Source: Chiloscyllium plagiosum
Taxonomy: Eukaryota
Direction of reading: 5' to 3'
Length of the DNA stretch: 20,000 bases
NCBI RefSeq assembly: GCF_004010195.1
Contig: NC_057720.1
Location: forward strand, 25,733,332 to 25,753,331
Shown here: one piece after another, positions 10,395 through 20,000 of the stretch
Position numbering within the stretch: position 1 is the first letter of the stretch
Layout of the letters: every line of letters starts with the position of its first letter
Position numbers and translations under genes: made by a program
The notes under the pieces: generated by a model
What the model saw: the letters and a program-made list of their open reading frames with translations, nothing else
Database searches by the model: none
Told to the model about the DNA's origin: nothing

Positions 10395-10885
10395 ACAAGA
10401 AATCTCCCAGAATAAGAAATCGAAGGGACTGAGGAGAATGAGGAATTTGAAGAAGTTAGTATAAGTAGGCGATTGTTCTGGAGATATTCATTGGATAGAT
10501 AAGTTTATGAAATCTGATATTCTGGGCTGTAAAGTATTGAAAGTGGTAGCTATGGAGAGAGTAGATGCATTGGTCATCATCTTCCAAAATTCTATAGACT
10601 CTGAAATACTTCGCAAAATTGCAAGGTAGCAAATGTTACCTCATATTTATGAAGTGAAGAAGAGAGAAAATAGTGAACTACAGATCTGTTAGCCTTATAT
10701 CTGCAGTACAAAATGCTAAAGGCTACTAAATGCTAAAACAAACGTGACAAATGGTCGATTGGATAGTAATGATCTGATTGGGCACAGTTAGCAGGGATTT
10801 GCGAGTGGGAGATCTTGTTTGTTGAACATGTCAGAATTGTTTAAAGATGTGACTAACAGAAGTGGAACTATTGGTTAACAAAATA
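10395..10885 (+). pseudogene. Old CR1 RT N-terminal fragment
   Basis: VLKVVAMERVDALVIIFQNSIDS...KVANVT...NYRSVSLISAV, homologous to ORF 15580-15999. Confidence 0.75.
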
Positions 10886-10890
10886 AAGGC

Positions 10891-11085
10891 GTGAAGATGA
10901 ATGACAACACCACCCCACTCATAACCAACTGCGCCCAACATGACTTGACTGTGACAAGCACTGTTTCCCATCAGAAGAACCAATACAAGACTATGTGGAG
11001 GCATCCAAGTCTGAACATTGGCATGTTGTGCACGATGTTGTTGATCAAGGCAGAGTGTTGAGGGATGTGCTTGTTACAAGGATCA
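10891..11085 (+). pseudogene. RTE-clade LINE endonuclease fragment
   Basis: VKMNDNTTPLITNCAQHDLTVTSTVSHQKNQYKTMWRHPS/HWHVVHDV...RDVLVTR resembles the RTE APE motif (K.TW.HPRSKHWH.IDY...DV..TR). Confidence 0.65.
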
Positions 11086-11142
11086 CTTTGAAACATACAA
11101 AAGATATAATGAAATAAACAGGGTAGCAAGTAAGATGTTTCT

Positions 11143-11240
11143 CATAGAAACTTAGGACTAAGTAATAGGAGTAGGCTATTCGGTCCCTCAAACTTGCATT
11201 GCTATTTTAGGTCATGGCTGACCATCTACCTCAATGCCAT
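11143..11240 (-). mobile_element. CR1-type 3' UTR/tail fragment
   Basis: Reverse complement gives GTCAGCCATGA...GAATAGCCTACTCCT...TTTCTATG, like the CR1 end at 17020-17104. Confidence 0.6.
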
Positions 11241-11464
11241 CTTGAAATGCTTCTGATGTACATTTGTGAGCACAATGTTGGTGGAATGGCTGTGTTCTGT
11301 TTTAGGGGCAGAATTCTGCAAACCCTTTGAATTTCAAGAGAGTGGTGCAAGATTTTTACAAGGAGATCAATGTGTCAGTTGGCTGATAACAAATACCTCT
11401 TTCGATATCAGGGGCTTGAGTTGCAAAACCTAGTGAGTTATAGCATGATTTGGAATTGGAACAT

Positions 11465-11777
11465 TGAAGGGAAATAAAATTAAATCCTTGCAGGATGTAT
11501 GGAGTGAGGAGGTGTAGTCAAGGTAACTATGGGAACCGGAAGATTGTAGTGGATATTGATGGACAGCTTTATCCTTAGAAATGGAAACGGTGAAGTCAAG
11601 GAAAGAAGGGGAAGAGTGAGAGATGAACCAGGTGAAGGTGCGAGAATGATGGAAATTGGAATCAAAACTGATCAATTCTTTCAATTCTGACAAGAGCAGG
11701 AAGCGGTTCTAAAGATATCATCAATATATTGGAGAGAGAGTTATGGGTTATGAGCCTGGGTAAGGTTGGAACAAGAA
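11465..11777 (-). pseudogene. Penelope-like element RT fragment
   Basis: ELISFDSNFHHSRTFTWFISHSSPSFLDFTVSISKD / KLSINIHY / SHSYLDYTSSLHTSCKD, typical of the PLE RT C-terminal/thumb region (FLD...YKPT...YL...S.HP). Confidence 0.8.
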
Positions 11778-11845
11778 GTCCAAGGGAGGGTCATTGGACC
11801 TGAAACATTAACTCTGATTTCTCTACACAGATGCTGCCAGACTGG
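11778..11845 (+). mobile_element. Penelope-like terminal repeat (pLTR) piece with degenerate hammerhead core, inverted relative to the RT fragment
   Basis: GGGTC-ATTG-GACCT-GAAAC followed by TTAACTCTGATTTCTCTACACAGATGCTGCCAGAC; the same motif recurs at ~11950, ~12995 and ~18620. Confidence 0.65.
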
Positions 11846-11947
11846 TGCAGCTGGCACCCATGTAGGTACCCAGAGTCACACTTTTAACTTGGCGAAAGTG
11901 AGGTGAGATAAAGGATAAGTTGTTCAATGTGAGAAATGAACTCTCAG

Positions 11948-12050
11948 CATTAGCTCTGTTTCTCTTGCTGCAGATGCTGCCTGTCCTGTTGAGTTTCTCC
12001 AACCTTGTCTGCATTTGTTTAGATTTCCAGCATTTGCAGTATTTTGTATC
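11948..12050 (+). mobile_element. Penelope-like pLTR 3' piece
   Basis: CTCTGTTTCTC...CAGATGCTGCCTGTCCTGTTGAGTTTCTCCA...GATTTCCAGCATTTGCAGT. Confidence 0.6.
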
Positions 12051-12074
12051 TATTTGGGAAGGGGAAAGAGTGGG

Positions 12075-12508
12075 AATTGCATGAAACGCTATATAGAACA
12101 AACAGGCAGACAGCTAGCAAACTGCATTCACGAATACCAACTAGCCACTAACTGCCACAACAGCTGTCTCTAGTAGCCATACACACAGATGACAAGGACG
12201 ACAGATGACTGGGGCAACACAACGATCATAAGACAAGCTAAACAGAGAATAGCTAGAGAATTTCTAGAAGCATGGCACTCATCCATGGACTCCATCAACA
12301 AACACGTTGACCTAGACTCAATATACCAGCCACTACAATGAACAGCCGAAACCGGAAACTGGAAGCAGCAGGAACAGAATTAAATAAACTTTAGAAGAGA
12401 TAGTACAGCAGCGCTTCACAGGAGGTCCAAAGCACTGAAGATGTCACCTAGACAGGGGACAAAACACCTGCAAATCAACTTCCCAGCTCGGCGGACATAC
12501 CCACAACT
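12075..12508 (+). mobile_element. Penelope-like element 3' end: GIY-YIG endonuclease relic plus 3' UTR
   Basis: KRYIEQTGRQLANCIHEYQ (compare YIGQTGR.L..RI.EH)...AREFLEAWHSSMDSINKHVDLDSIYQPLQ*, followed by a hammerhead-like motif at 12432-12471. Confidence 0.85.
12432..12471 (+). ncRNA. Degenerate minimal type I hammerhead ribozyme
   Basis: GCA-CTGAAGA-T-GTCACCT-AGAC-AGGGGAC-AAAACACC-TGC: stem I GCA/TGC and stem II present; the expected GAAACGTC reads AAAACACC. Confidence 0.6.
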
Positions 12509-12577
12509 ATGGGAGGGGGAGGGGATTGTTTGTAGTTGAAACGTAAGCTTGTGACAAGCAAGAAACAGTCTTCACTA

Positions 12578-12787
12578 AGTTAAAGATCACACAACACCAG
12601 GTTATAGTCAAAAGATTTATTTGGAAGCACTAGCTTCCAAATTCTATATCTTATGGTCCTGCTCCACAGCTACCTGATGAAGGAGCAGCGTTCTGAAAAC
12701 TAATGCTTCCAAATAAACCTGTTGGACTGATGTTGTGTGATTTTTAACTCTGCCCACCCCAGTCCAACACCAGCTCCTCTACATCAA
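12578..12787 (+). mobile_element. Short Penelope-like insertion: pLTR preceded by an inverted partial copy
   Basis: 12578-12636 is the imperfect reverse complement of 12697-12749; a CTGATGA...GAAA core lies next to the right arm. Confidence 0.7.
12674..12710 (+). ncRNA. Hammerhead-like core with both catalytic boxes intact
   Basis: CTGATGA (12674-12680), A, GGAGC-AGC-GTTCT stem II (two G:U pairs), GAAA (12695-12698); stems I and III not clearly formed. Confidence 0.5.
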
Positions 12788-12984
12788 GCCTACATAAAAC
12801 TATTCTACTCTCAGTGTATTCTTTTCAAATTGGATGTCCAAATAACAGTAACCCCCAGCATAATGATAGTGGAGCACTTGCCAATAGTTCTAACTACTTG
12901 GCTGACTGGAATTCGTTTACAACTCAGAAACATAGCTTTTACAATGCAGCAGTCTTCATCTCACCAATTCATTCCATTTAATCA

Positions 12985-13082
12985 TTATGAAGATGGGTCA
13001 TTGGACCCAAAACATTGACTCTGTTTTCACTCCACAGATGCTGCCAGACCTGCTGAGTTTCTCCAGAAATTTTGTTTTTTGT
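12985..13082 (+). mobile_element. Penelope-like pLTR piece with degenerate hammerhead core
   Basis: ATGAAGA-T-GGGTC-ATTG-GACCC-AAAACA, then ACTCTG...CCACAGATGCTGCCAGACCTGCTGAGTTTCTCCAG. Confidence 0.7.
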
Positions 13083-13104
13083 GTGCAATAAATATTGTAT
13101 TAGT

Positions 13105-13765
13105 GAGGCAGGTAGGGGGATTCTGAGTTCAGGAGTGCCGGAGCCCCAGCCTCTGATCTTGTCCAACAGATTTGAGACTCTTACTCCCTGTATGGGTGAG
13201 GAAAAGGGCTGTGGGCAGGATGAGCCAGCTGACCATGGCACCATGGTGCAGAAGGCCATTCAAGAGGGGGGAGCAAAAAGACAAGTAGTTGTAATTGGGG
13301 ATTCTATAATTAGGGGGACAGATAATACCCTTGGCAAGCTGGATTGGGAGTCCCGCATGATGTGTTGCCTGCCTGGTGCCAGGGCGCAGGACATCTCTGA
13401 CCGGCTTGAAAGGATATTGGAGTGGGATGGGGAGGATCTAGTTGTTGTGGTCCATGTTGGAGCTAACAACGTAGACAAAGCAAAGGTAGAGGACCTGTTT
13501 GGAGATTATCAAGCGCTAGGAAAGAAATTAAAGTACAGGTCCTCAAGGGTCATAATCTCTAGATTACTGCCCGGACCACGTGCCAATTGGCAAAGGGATA
13601 AGAAAGTTAGGGAAGTAAACATGTGGCTAAGGAATTGGCAGGAAAAAGGGATTCCATTTCATGGGGAATTGACATCAGTTTTGGAACTGGAGGGATCTGT
13701 ACCATTGAGCTGGAACCAGTGTTCTAGCATAAAGAATAAATAGGGTGGTCACTAGGACTTTAAAT
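13105..13765 (+). pseudogene. CR1 ORF1p, SGNH/GDSL-like esterase domain, C-terminus disrupted
   Basis: LSNRFETL, VVVIGDSIIRG (block I), CLPGA, VVVHVGANN (block III); frameshifted near the end and the DGLH block is missing. Confidence 0.88.
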
Positions 13766-13850
13766 CTCTGAGTCGGGGAAAGGGAAAGCAAAAGTGTCAG
13801 GGATTATGGAGTTAAATGAAGAGATAAACAGCAGGATAGCATATGTGCAT

Positions 13851-14153
13851 AGATTAGATTAGATTACTTACAGTGTGGAAACAGGCCCTTCGGCCCAACA
13901 AGTCCACACCGCCCCGCCGAAGCACAACCCACCCATACTCCCAACCTAACACTACGGGCAATTTAGCATGGCCAATTCACCTGACCTGCACATCTTTGGA
14001 CTGTGGGAGGAAACCGGAGCACCCGGAGGAAACCCACGCAGACACGGGGAGAATGTGCAAACTCCACACAGTCAGTCGCCTGAGGTGGGAATTGAACCCG
14101 GGTCTCTGGCGCTGTGAGGCAGCTGTGCCAACCACTGTGCCACCGTGCCGCCC
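13851..14153 (-). mobile_element. Full-length HE1-like V-SINE inserted between CR1 ORF1 and ORF2
   Basis: Minus strand GGGCGGCACGGTGGCACAGTGGTTGGCA...GGTTCAATTCC, V-domain, GGGCCGAAGGGCCTGTTTCCACACTGT and (AATCT)3 tail; CpGs largely retained. Confidence 0.93.
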
Positions 14154-14259
14154 ACAATGCTCGAGGTTTATGCTCGAGGCAGACTAGGAATGCAGCAAGA
14201 AAAGATATCTTAGGACATCTTATGATTTCTAATATCTCTAATAATGATAAGAAAGTTAG

Positions 14260-17013
14260 CATTAAGACACTTTACCTGAATGCTTATACTATTCATAACA
14301 AATTGGATGAATTAACGGCACAAATCATCGTGAATGATTATGATGTGGTAGGCATCACAGAGACGTGGTTGCATGGGGTTCAGGACTGGCAGTTAAACAT
14401 CCAAGGATTTACAATTTATCGAAAAGACAGAGAGGTGGGCAGAGGGGGGCGAGGTTGCCTTGTTCGTTAAGAATGGAATTAAATCTATGACACTGAATGA
14501 TAGAGGGTCAGATGATGTGGAGTCTGTGTGGGAGGAATTGAGGAATCACAAAGGTAAAAATACCATGATGGGAGTTACATACAGACCTCCTAACAGTGGT
14601 CAGGACCAGGGGCGCAAGATATACTGGGAAATTGATGGGGCATGTCAGAAAGGCAAGGTCACGGTGACCATGGGGGTCTTCAATATGCAGGGGACTGGGT
14701 GAATAATGTTGCCAGTGGATTCAAAGAAAGGGAATTCGTGGAATGCTTACAGGATGGCTTTTTGGAACAGCTTGTGATGCAGCCCACAAGGGAGTAGGCT
14801 ATTCTGGACTTAGTGCTATATAATGAGTCAGACTTTATAAAAAATCTTAAAGTAAGGGAACACTCAGGAGGCAGCGATCATAATGTGGTAGAGTTCAGGT
14901 TGCAGTTTAAAATAGAGAAGGCAAAATCGGATGTAATGGTGTTACAATTAAGTAAAGGTAATTACAGGGGCGTGAAAGAGGAACTGACGAAAATTGACTG
15001 AAAGCAGAACCTAGAGCAACAATGGCAGGAGTTTCTGCGTGTAGTTGAGGACACTGTACAGAGGTTCATCGCAAAGAAAAGAAAGATTATCTGGGGGGGA
15101 TTAGACAGCCATGGCTGACAAAGGAAGTCACGAAATGTATTAAAGAAAAAGTGAGAGCCTGCAAAGTGGCCAAGAGCACTGGGAAATCAAAAGATTGGGA
15201 AGGCTACAAAATCAAACCGAGGATTACAAAGAGAAAAATAAGGAAGGAGAGGATCAAATATGAAGGTAAGCTGGCAGTAATGATAGTGAAAGTTTCTTTC
15301 AATTCATAAGAAACAAACGAGAAGCAAAAGTAGACATTGGGCCGCACCAAAGTGATGCAGGAAGCTTAGTGATGGGAGATAAGGAAATAGCTGAAGAACT
15401 TAATAAGTACTTTGCATCAATCTTCACAGTGGAAGACATGAGTAATATCCCAACAATTAAGGGGGGCCAGGGGACAGAGTTGGTAGCTATTACAAAAGGT
15501 GAAGTGCTGAAAAGTCAAAAGGTCTAAAAATTGATAAATCTCCTGGCCCAATGGGCTACATTCTAGAGTTCTGAGGGAGGTGGCTGTCAAAATAACAGAG
15601 GCGTTGGTTGTGATCTTTCAAAAGTCACTGGAGTCAGGGAAAGTCCCAGATGATTGGAAAATCGCTGTTGTAACCCCCTTGTTCAAGGAAGGATCAGGAC
15701 AAAAGATGGAAAATTATAGGCTGATTGGCCTAACCTCAGTTGTTGGTAAAATTCTACAATCCATTGTTAAGGATGAGATTTCTAAATTCTTGGAAGTGCA
15801 GGGTCAGATTAGAACAAGTCAGCATGAGTTTAGTAATAGGAGATTGTGCCCGACAAACCCATTAAAATTCCTTGAAGGGGTAACAAGTAGGTTAGACCAG
15901 AGAAACCCAGTGGATGTTATCTATCTAGACTTCCAAAAGGCCTTTGGTAAGGTGCCTCACGAGAGGCTACTGAGTAAGGTGAGGGCCCATGGTGTTTGAG
16001 GTGAGCTACTGACATGGATTGAGGATTGGTTGTCTGACAGAAGGCAGAGAGTTGGGATAAAAGGTTCTTTTTTGGAATGGCAGCTAGTGACAAGTGGGGT
16101 CCCACAGGGTTCAGTGTTGGGGCCGTAGCTGTTCATTTTATATATTAATGATTTGGATGAAGGGACTGAGGGCATTCTGGTGAAGTTTGTCGATGATACG
16201 AAGTTAGATGGATAGGCAAGTAGTACTGAGGAGGTGGGGAGGCTGCAGAAAGATGTCGACAGTTTAGGAGAGTGGTCCAGGAAATGGCTGATGAAATTCA
16301 CTGTGAGCAAATGTGAGGTCGTGCACTTTGGGAAAAAGAATACAGGCGTGGACTATTTTCTAAACAGTGAGAAAATTCATAAAGCCAAAGTACAAAGGGA
16401 TCTGGAAGCGCTAGTTGAGGATTCTCTCAAGGTTAACTTGCAGGTTGAGTCCATGATTAAGAAAACAAATGTAATGTTGTCATTTATCTCAAGACGGTTA
16501 AAATATAAAAGCAACAATGTGCTTATGAGACTTCATAAAGCTCTAGTTAGCCCCCATTTAGAATACTGTGTTCAATTTTGGTCCCCATACCTCAGGAAGG
16601 ACATACTGGCACTGGAGCATTTCTACTGGAGATTCACACGGATGATTCCCTGGAATGATAGGCCTAACATACGACGAATGGCTGAGGATCCTGGGATTGT
16701 ATTCATTCGAGTTTAGAAGGTTGAAGGGAGATCTAATAGAAATTTACAAGATAACGTAAGGCTTAGAAAGAGTGGACACTGGTAAGTTGTTTCGATGGCG
16801 GGGAGGCTAGGACCCGTGGGCACAGCCTTAGAATTAGAGGAGGTCAATTTAGAACAGGAATGAGGAGATATTTCTTCAGCTAGAGAGTGGTGGGCCTTTG
16901 CTATGAAGCGCAGTGGAGGCCGGAACATTAAGTGTCTTCAAGGCAGAAATTTATAAATTTTTGATCTCACAAGGAATTAAGGGCTACAGGGAGAGTGAGG
17001 GTAAGTGGAGTTG
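14260..17013 (+). pseudogene. CR1 ORF2p (APE endonuclease and reverse transcriptase), many stops and frameshifts
   Basis: LYLNA, GITETWL, YRPP, GSDHN, NYRLIGLTSVVGK, IYLDFQKAF, VPQGSVLGP*, KFVDDTK, HLEYCVQFWSP. Confidence 0.93.
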
Positions 17014-18399
17014 AAATGCCCATCAGCCATGATTAAATGGCAGAATGGACTCGATGGGCCAAATGGTCTTACTCCAATCCTATACCTTATAGTCTTATGG
17101 TCTTCTCCTGATTAACCCTTTCAATAAATTATTCCAAGTAATATTCCCAACACCTTAAATGAAACACAACAAAATATCCAGCCTATTTGCCTGCAAGGTT
17201 TTTCTCTTTTTTTTTCTGAATGTGAATAGTATTGAAAAAACTTCACTGTCGTTTTTGATATTCTGAGCTCTGAGAAGAAAAAAACTCTTCATGTGTCAGT
17301 AGTGAGTTAGTTGTAATAGGGTTGGAGCAGCTATTGAATAGTAATACTTCAGTAATTGAATCCTTAAACCTTCTGAGAACTGATTTCAATAGGTTTCCTC
17401 TGTCATTCTGGACCACTGAGACATAGGGATTTTTAAAAGATCTACCGTCGCAACCAGATGCATACATGCTGCTGTCAAACCATTCTATAACACAATGTTC
17501 AGATCTTTTCACTGCTCCCCTCATTTCCATTCAGGCAAAAACACTTGAAAATATGCTTTCAGGGTCTCTTTTCATTGTTGGACATATTTACACAGTTACT
17601 GCATCACTGTCAGTCATTGAACATTTGAGCTACAAATGAGGTTTCTGTTTTCCTGTGTCCAGACCTGTCCCTAGGTAATTCTATAAGAAGACAACTTATG
17701 AATTTCAGACCCTGATGCAGTGACTAGTGAGTGCATTTCCATGCGAGTTGTGAGGGTTTGCCTATACTAACTTCTGTCTATATGTGTGTAGTGATTGAGA
17801 TGAATGATATTTGTAATACTGTGCCTCAGCTGCATGGACAGCATTTACTAAAAGGTCAAGGCAATCAATCATTTCTGGAAAAAAAAACTGCTTGAATTTC
17901 AAATACTTCTGATTTAAGAATATAATTTAAATATTGGATTGTTTTAAAAATATTTATATTTAGTGGTTGATGCACCCCTATCAAAGCAAAAAAATTCATA
18001 ATTCATCTAAGTCATTTGTTGTGACAAGTGATGTGTGATTACTGAGAACACTTTAGAAACTGACACCCACATTGCCATCAGCACATTTTAATCCAAAACT
18101 CCAAATTGTGGTCTATCCATGTGTCAAAATATGAGTTTATGATGTACCACACATGAGTGGTCCCAGCTGGAACAAGTGAGCAGCTGTGTAACAATGTGTT
18201 ATCAGCTATAACTTTATAAAAAGAAACAATTGTAGTTTCAAGAAGATCAACACAAATTTGAGGAAAAACACCACTTCTTCCAATTATACACTTTTAACAT
18301 TGAGTTCAACAACGTAAGACCGTGAATTGTTCCTTCATTTTGATTCTGTTTCTCTTTGCCATATGCAGGTCTGAATCCTGGTTTCCCTGTTTTTGTTGT

Positions 18400-18870
18400 G
18401 GGATGGTTCTGTTTATTGTTCTGACATTTACACTCAATGTGGGCAAATGCTTTGTTTCTGTACTAGAACTATTTTCACCCTTGAATTGTCCTTCCCAGTT
18501 GCCTCTAGGACTTCTGTCTTTAACTTACCCACCTTTAACCCTACCCTAGGCCTTCGCAATTGTTCTTCCTGCCCCTTTTCTGGTTCAATGGCATAAAATT
18601 CATCCTCAGTTTGAAGGAATCATATTGGACCTGGAATGTTCAGTTTTTCTTTCTGCACCGATGCTACCAGACCTGCTTGATGGAAAAAAAAGTAATACTT
18701 AGAAATTAATATACTACGTATACTGAAGATTATTTTTTAAGTAATTTAAATTAGTATTATTATTTGTATTAAATTAGTGTTATTTGCAAGTTTTACAGAT
18801 TTTTTCTTCTGGACTGTTGATTATTTGTTACATTTATTTTGGATTTCCAGCATTATAATACTTTGCTTTT
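18400..18870 (+). mobile_element. Old Penelope-like pLTR interrupted by an AT-rich stretch
   Basis: Pyrimidine-rich tract, then TTGGACCTGGAATG...CCGATGCTACCAGACCTGCT (to ~18678); family tail GATTTCCAGCATT resumes at ~18842. Confidence 0.5.
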
Positions 18871-18970
18871 GTTCTATTCTGATTTCAATGTAAGTTCTTT
18901 GCAAGAGAGTCTTTTGCTTTACTCTGTCCAGTAAAACTGGCAGCACTGAGCTGAAAATGCACATTTAATT

Positions 18971-19390
18971 GTCAACTCTAGTTTAGGTGATGGCTCTCCT
19001 CTGAGTCAGGAGATGGTGTGTTCAAGTCCCACTCCAGAGATTTAATACAAAACTCCAGGCTGAACCTCCAGTGCAATTTTAAAGGCATGCCGAACTGCAG
19101 GCTACATCCGTTGGGTAAGTTAGTAAACCAAGGTTCTGTTCGCTGGTTGTAAAAATTCCCATGGCACCGTTTCAAAAAAGAGCTAGGGAATTATTCCCCA
19201 GCATCTGGTAACATTTATCCCTAAATCAACGTCACCGAATGCAGATTATTTAGTCATTATCATGTTGTTTGTTAGGGCTTGCTGTATGCGGTGTTTAGTC
19301 ACTCCATTTCATATTTTATACTGATAATTACACTTCAAAAGGCTGCCTGTAAAATACTTTGGAATGTCCTGATGTGGTGAAAAAGTGCTG
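18971..19390 (+). mobile_element. Deu-domain SINE (SacSINE1/AmnSINE1-like)
   Basis: B box GTTCAAGTCC, then GTAAAAATTCCCATGGCAC...TTTATCCCT...CAGATTAT...GTCATTATCA...ACACTTCAAAA...CTGTAAAATACTTTGGAATGTCCTGA, resembling the Deu-SINE body and tail as recalled. Confidence 0.75.
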
Positions 19391-20000
19391 TTTAAGGGTT
19401 CTAAAAGGGGAGGGCGAACAGCCAGAAATCATGTTACATATTGGCACTAATGATATCGCCAGGAAAAGGATCGAAGATATAAAAAGTGATTTCAGGGAGT
19501 TAGGATGGAAGCTGCAAAGCAGGATGAACAGAGTAGTGTTCTCTAGTTTACTACCGGTGCCACAAGATAGCGAGGCAAGGAACTGGGAGCGGGCGCAGCT
19601 TAATACGTGGCTGCGCAGCTGGTGTAGGAGGGAGGGCTTCAGATATGTAGATAATTGGGATCCCTTCTGGGGAAGGTGGGACCTGTACAAGAAGGACGGG
19701 TTGCATCTGAACTGGAAGGGGATCAATGTCCTGGGTGGAAGGTTTAGTCGAATAGTTCGAGAGGGTTTAAACTAGTATGGCAGGGAGGTGGGAACCTGAG
19801 CTGTATACCAGAGGTGAGAGTTGATGCAGATGAGGCAATAGCAAGAGGTAGATCAACTAGTGGGAAGGATTTTCCTGGCAAGGAACCAAGGTATCAGTTA
19901 AAGTGCGTTTGCTTTAACGCAAGGAGTATCAGGAATAAAAGTGACGAACTTAGAGCATGGATCAGTACCTGGTGCTATGATGTTGTGGCCATAACAGAGA
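19391..20000 (+). mobile_element. 5'-truncated CR1-type LINE (ORF1 esterase C-terminal half, start of ORF2); runs off the window
   Basis: RVLKGEGEQPEIMLHIGTND...FRYVDNWDPFWG...KDGLHLNWKG (SGNH blocks III and V), then CVCFNARSIRNKSDEL...VVAITE. Confidence 0.92.

Larger units (their letters stand above)
13100..17104 (+). mobile_element. Near-full-length degenerate CR1-type LINE (ORF1 esterase, ORF2 APE-RT, 3' UTR)
   Basis: ORF1, spacer and ORF2 motifs in the expected order; 3' UTR ATGGGCCAAATGG and tail CTTATAGTCTTATGGTCTT. Confidence 0.95.

Noticed and set aside
13072..13743. Host lipase/esterase gene
   Set aside because: It sits directly upstream of CR1 ORF2, is intronless, and is disrupted before the catalytic DxxH block; it is LINE ORF1.
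13086..17135. Target-site duplication CAATAAAT flanking the large CR1
   Set aside because: The right copy is ~18 bp beyond the LINE tail and the motif is AT-rich; probably chance.
18236..18313. 78-nt open stretch between TAG and GTAAGA as an exon
   Set aside because: The acceptor has no polypyrimidine tract and the peptide is not recognisable.

Overview
Eukaryotic, repeat-dominated non-coding DNA, most likely from a cartilaginous fish (shark/ray). This is inferred from HE1-type V-SINEs, HER1/CR1-type LINEs with an SGNH-esterase ORF1, a Deu-domain SINE and many Penelope-like elements. No intact protein-coding gene is supported: the long ORFs are decayed CR1 ORF1/ORF2 pieces or by-products of a tandem repeat. 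The window is a stack of nested retroelement relics (several CR1 subfamilies, an L2-like LINE, an RTE fragment, at least three SINE types, three kinds of Penelope-like relic) plus a Harbinger transposase fossil. Two things stand out. First, a ~33-copy 39-bp GC-rich minisatellite (3210-4470) whose unit is almost entirely two stem-loops and whose consensus is stop-free in all six frames. Second, a ~1.6-kb Penelope cluster (11465-13082) with four hammerhead-ribozyme-like cores, one inside a long inverted repeat. Family names come from motif recognition, not database searches, and boundaries are approximate.
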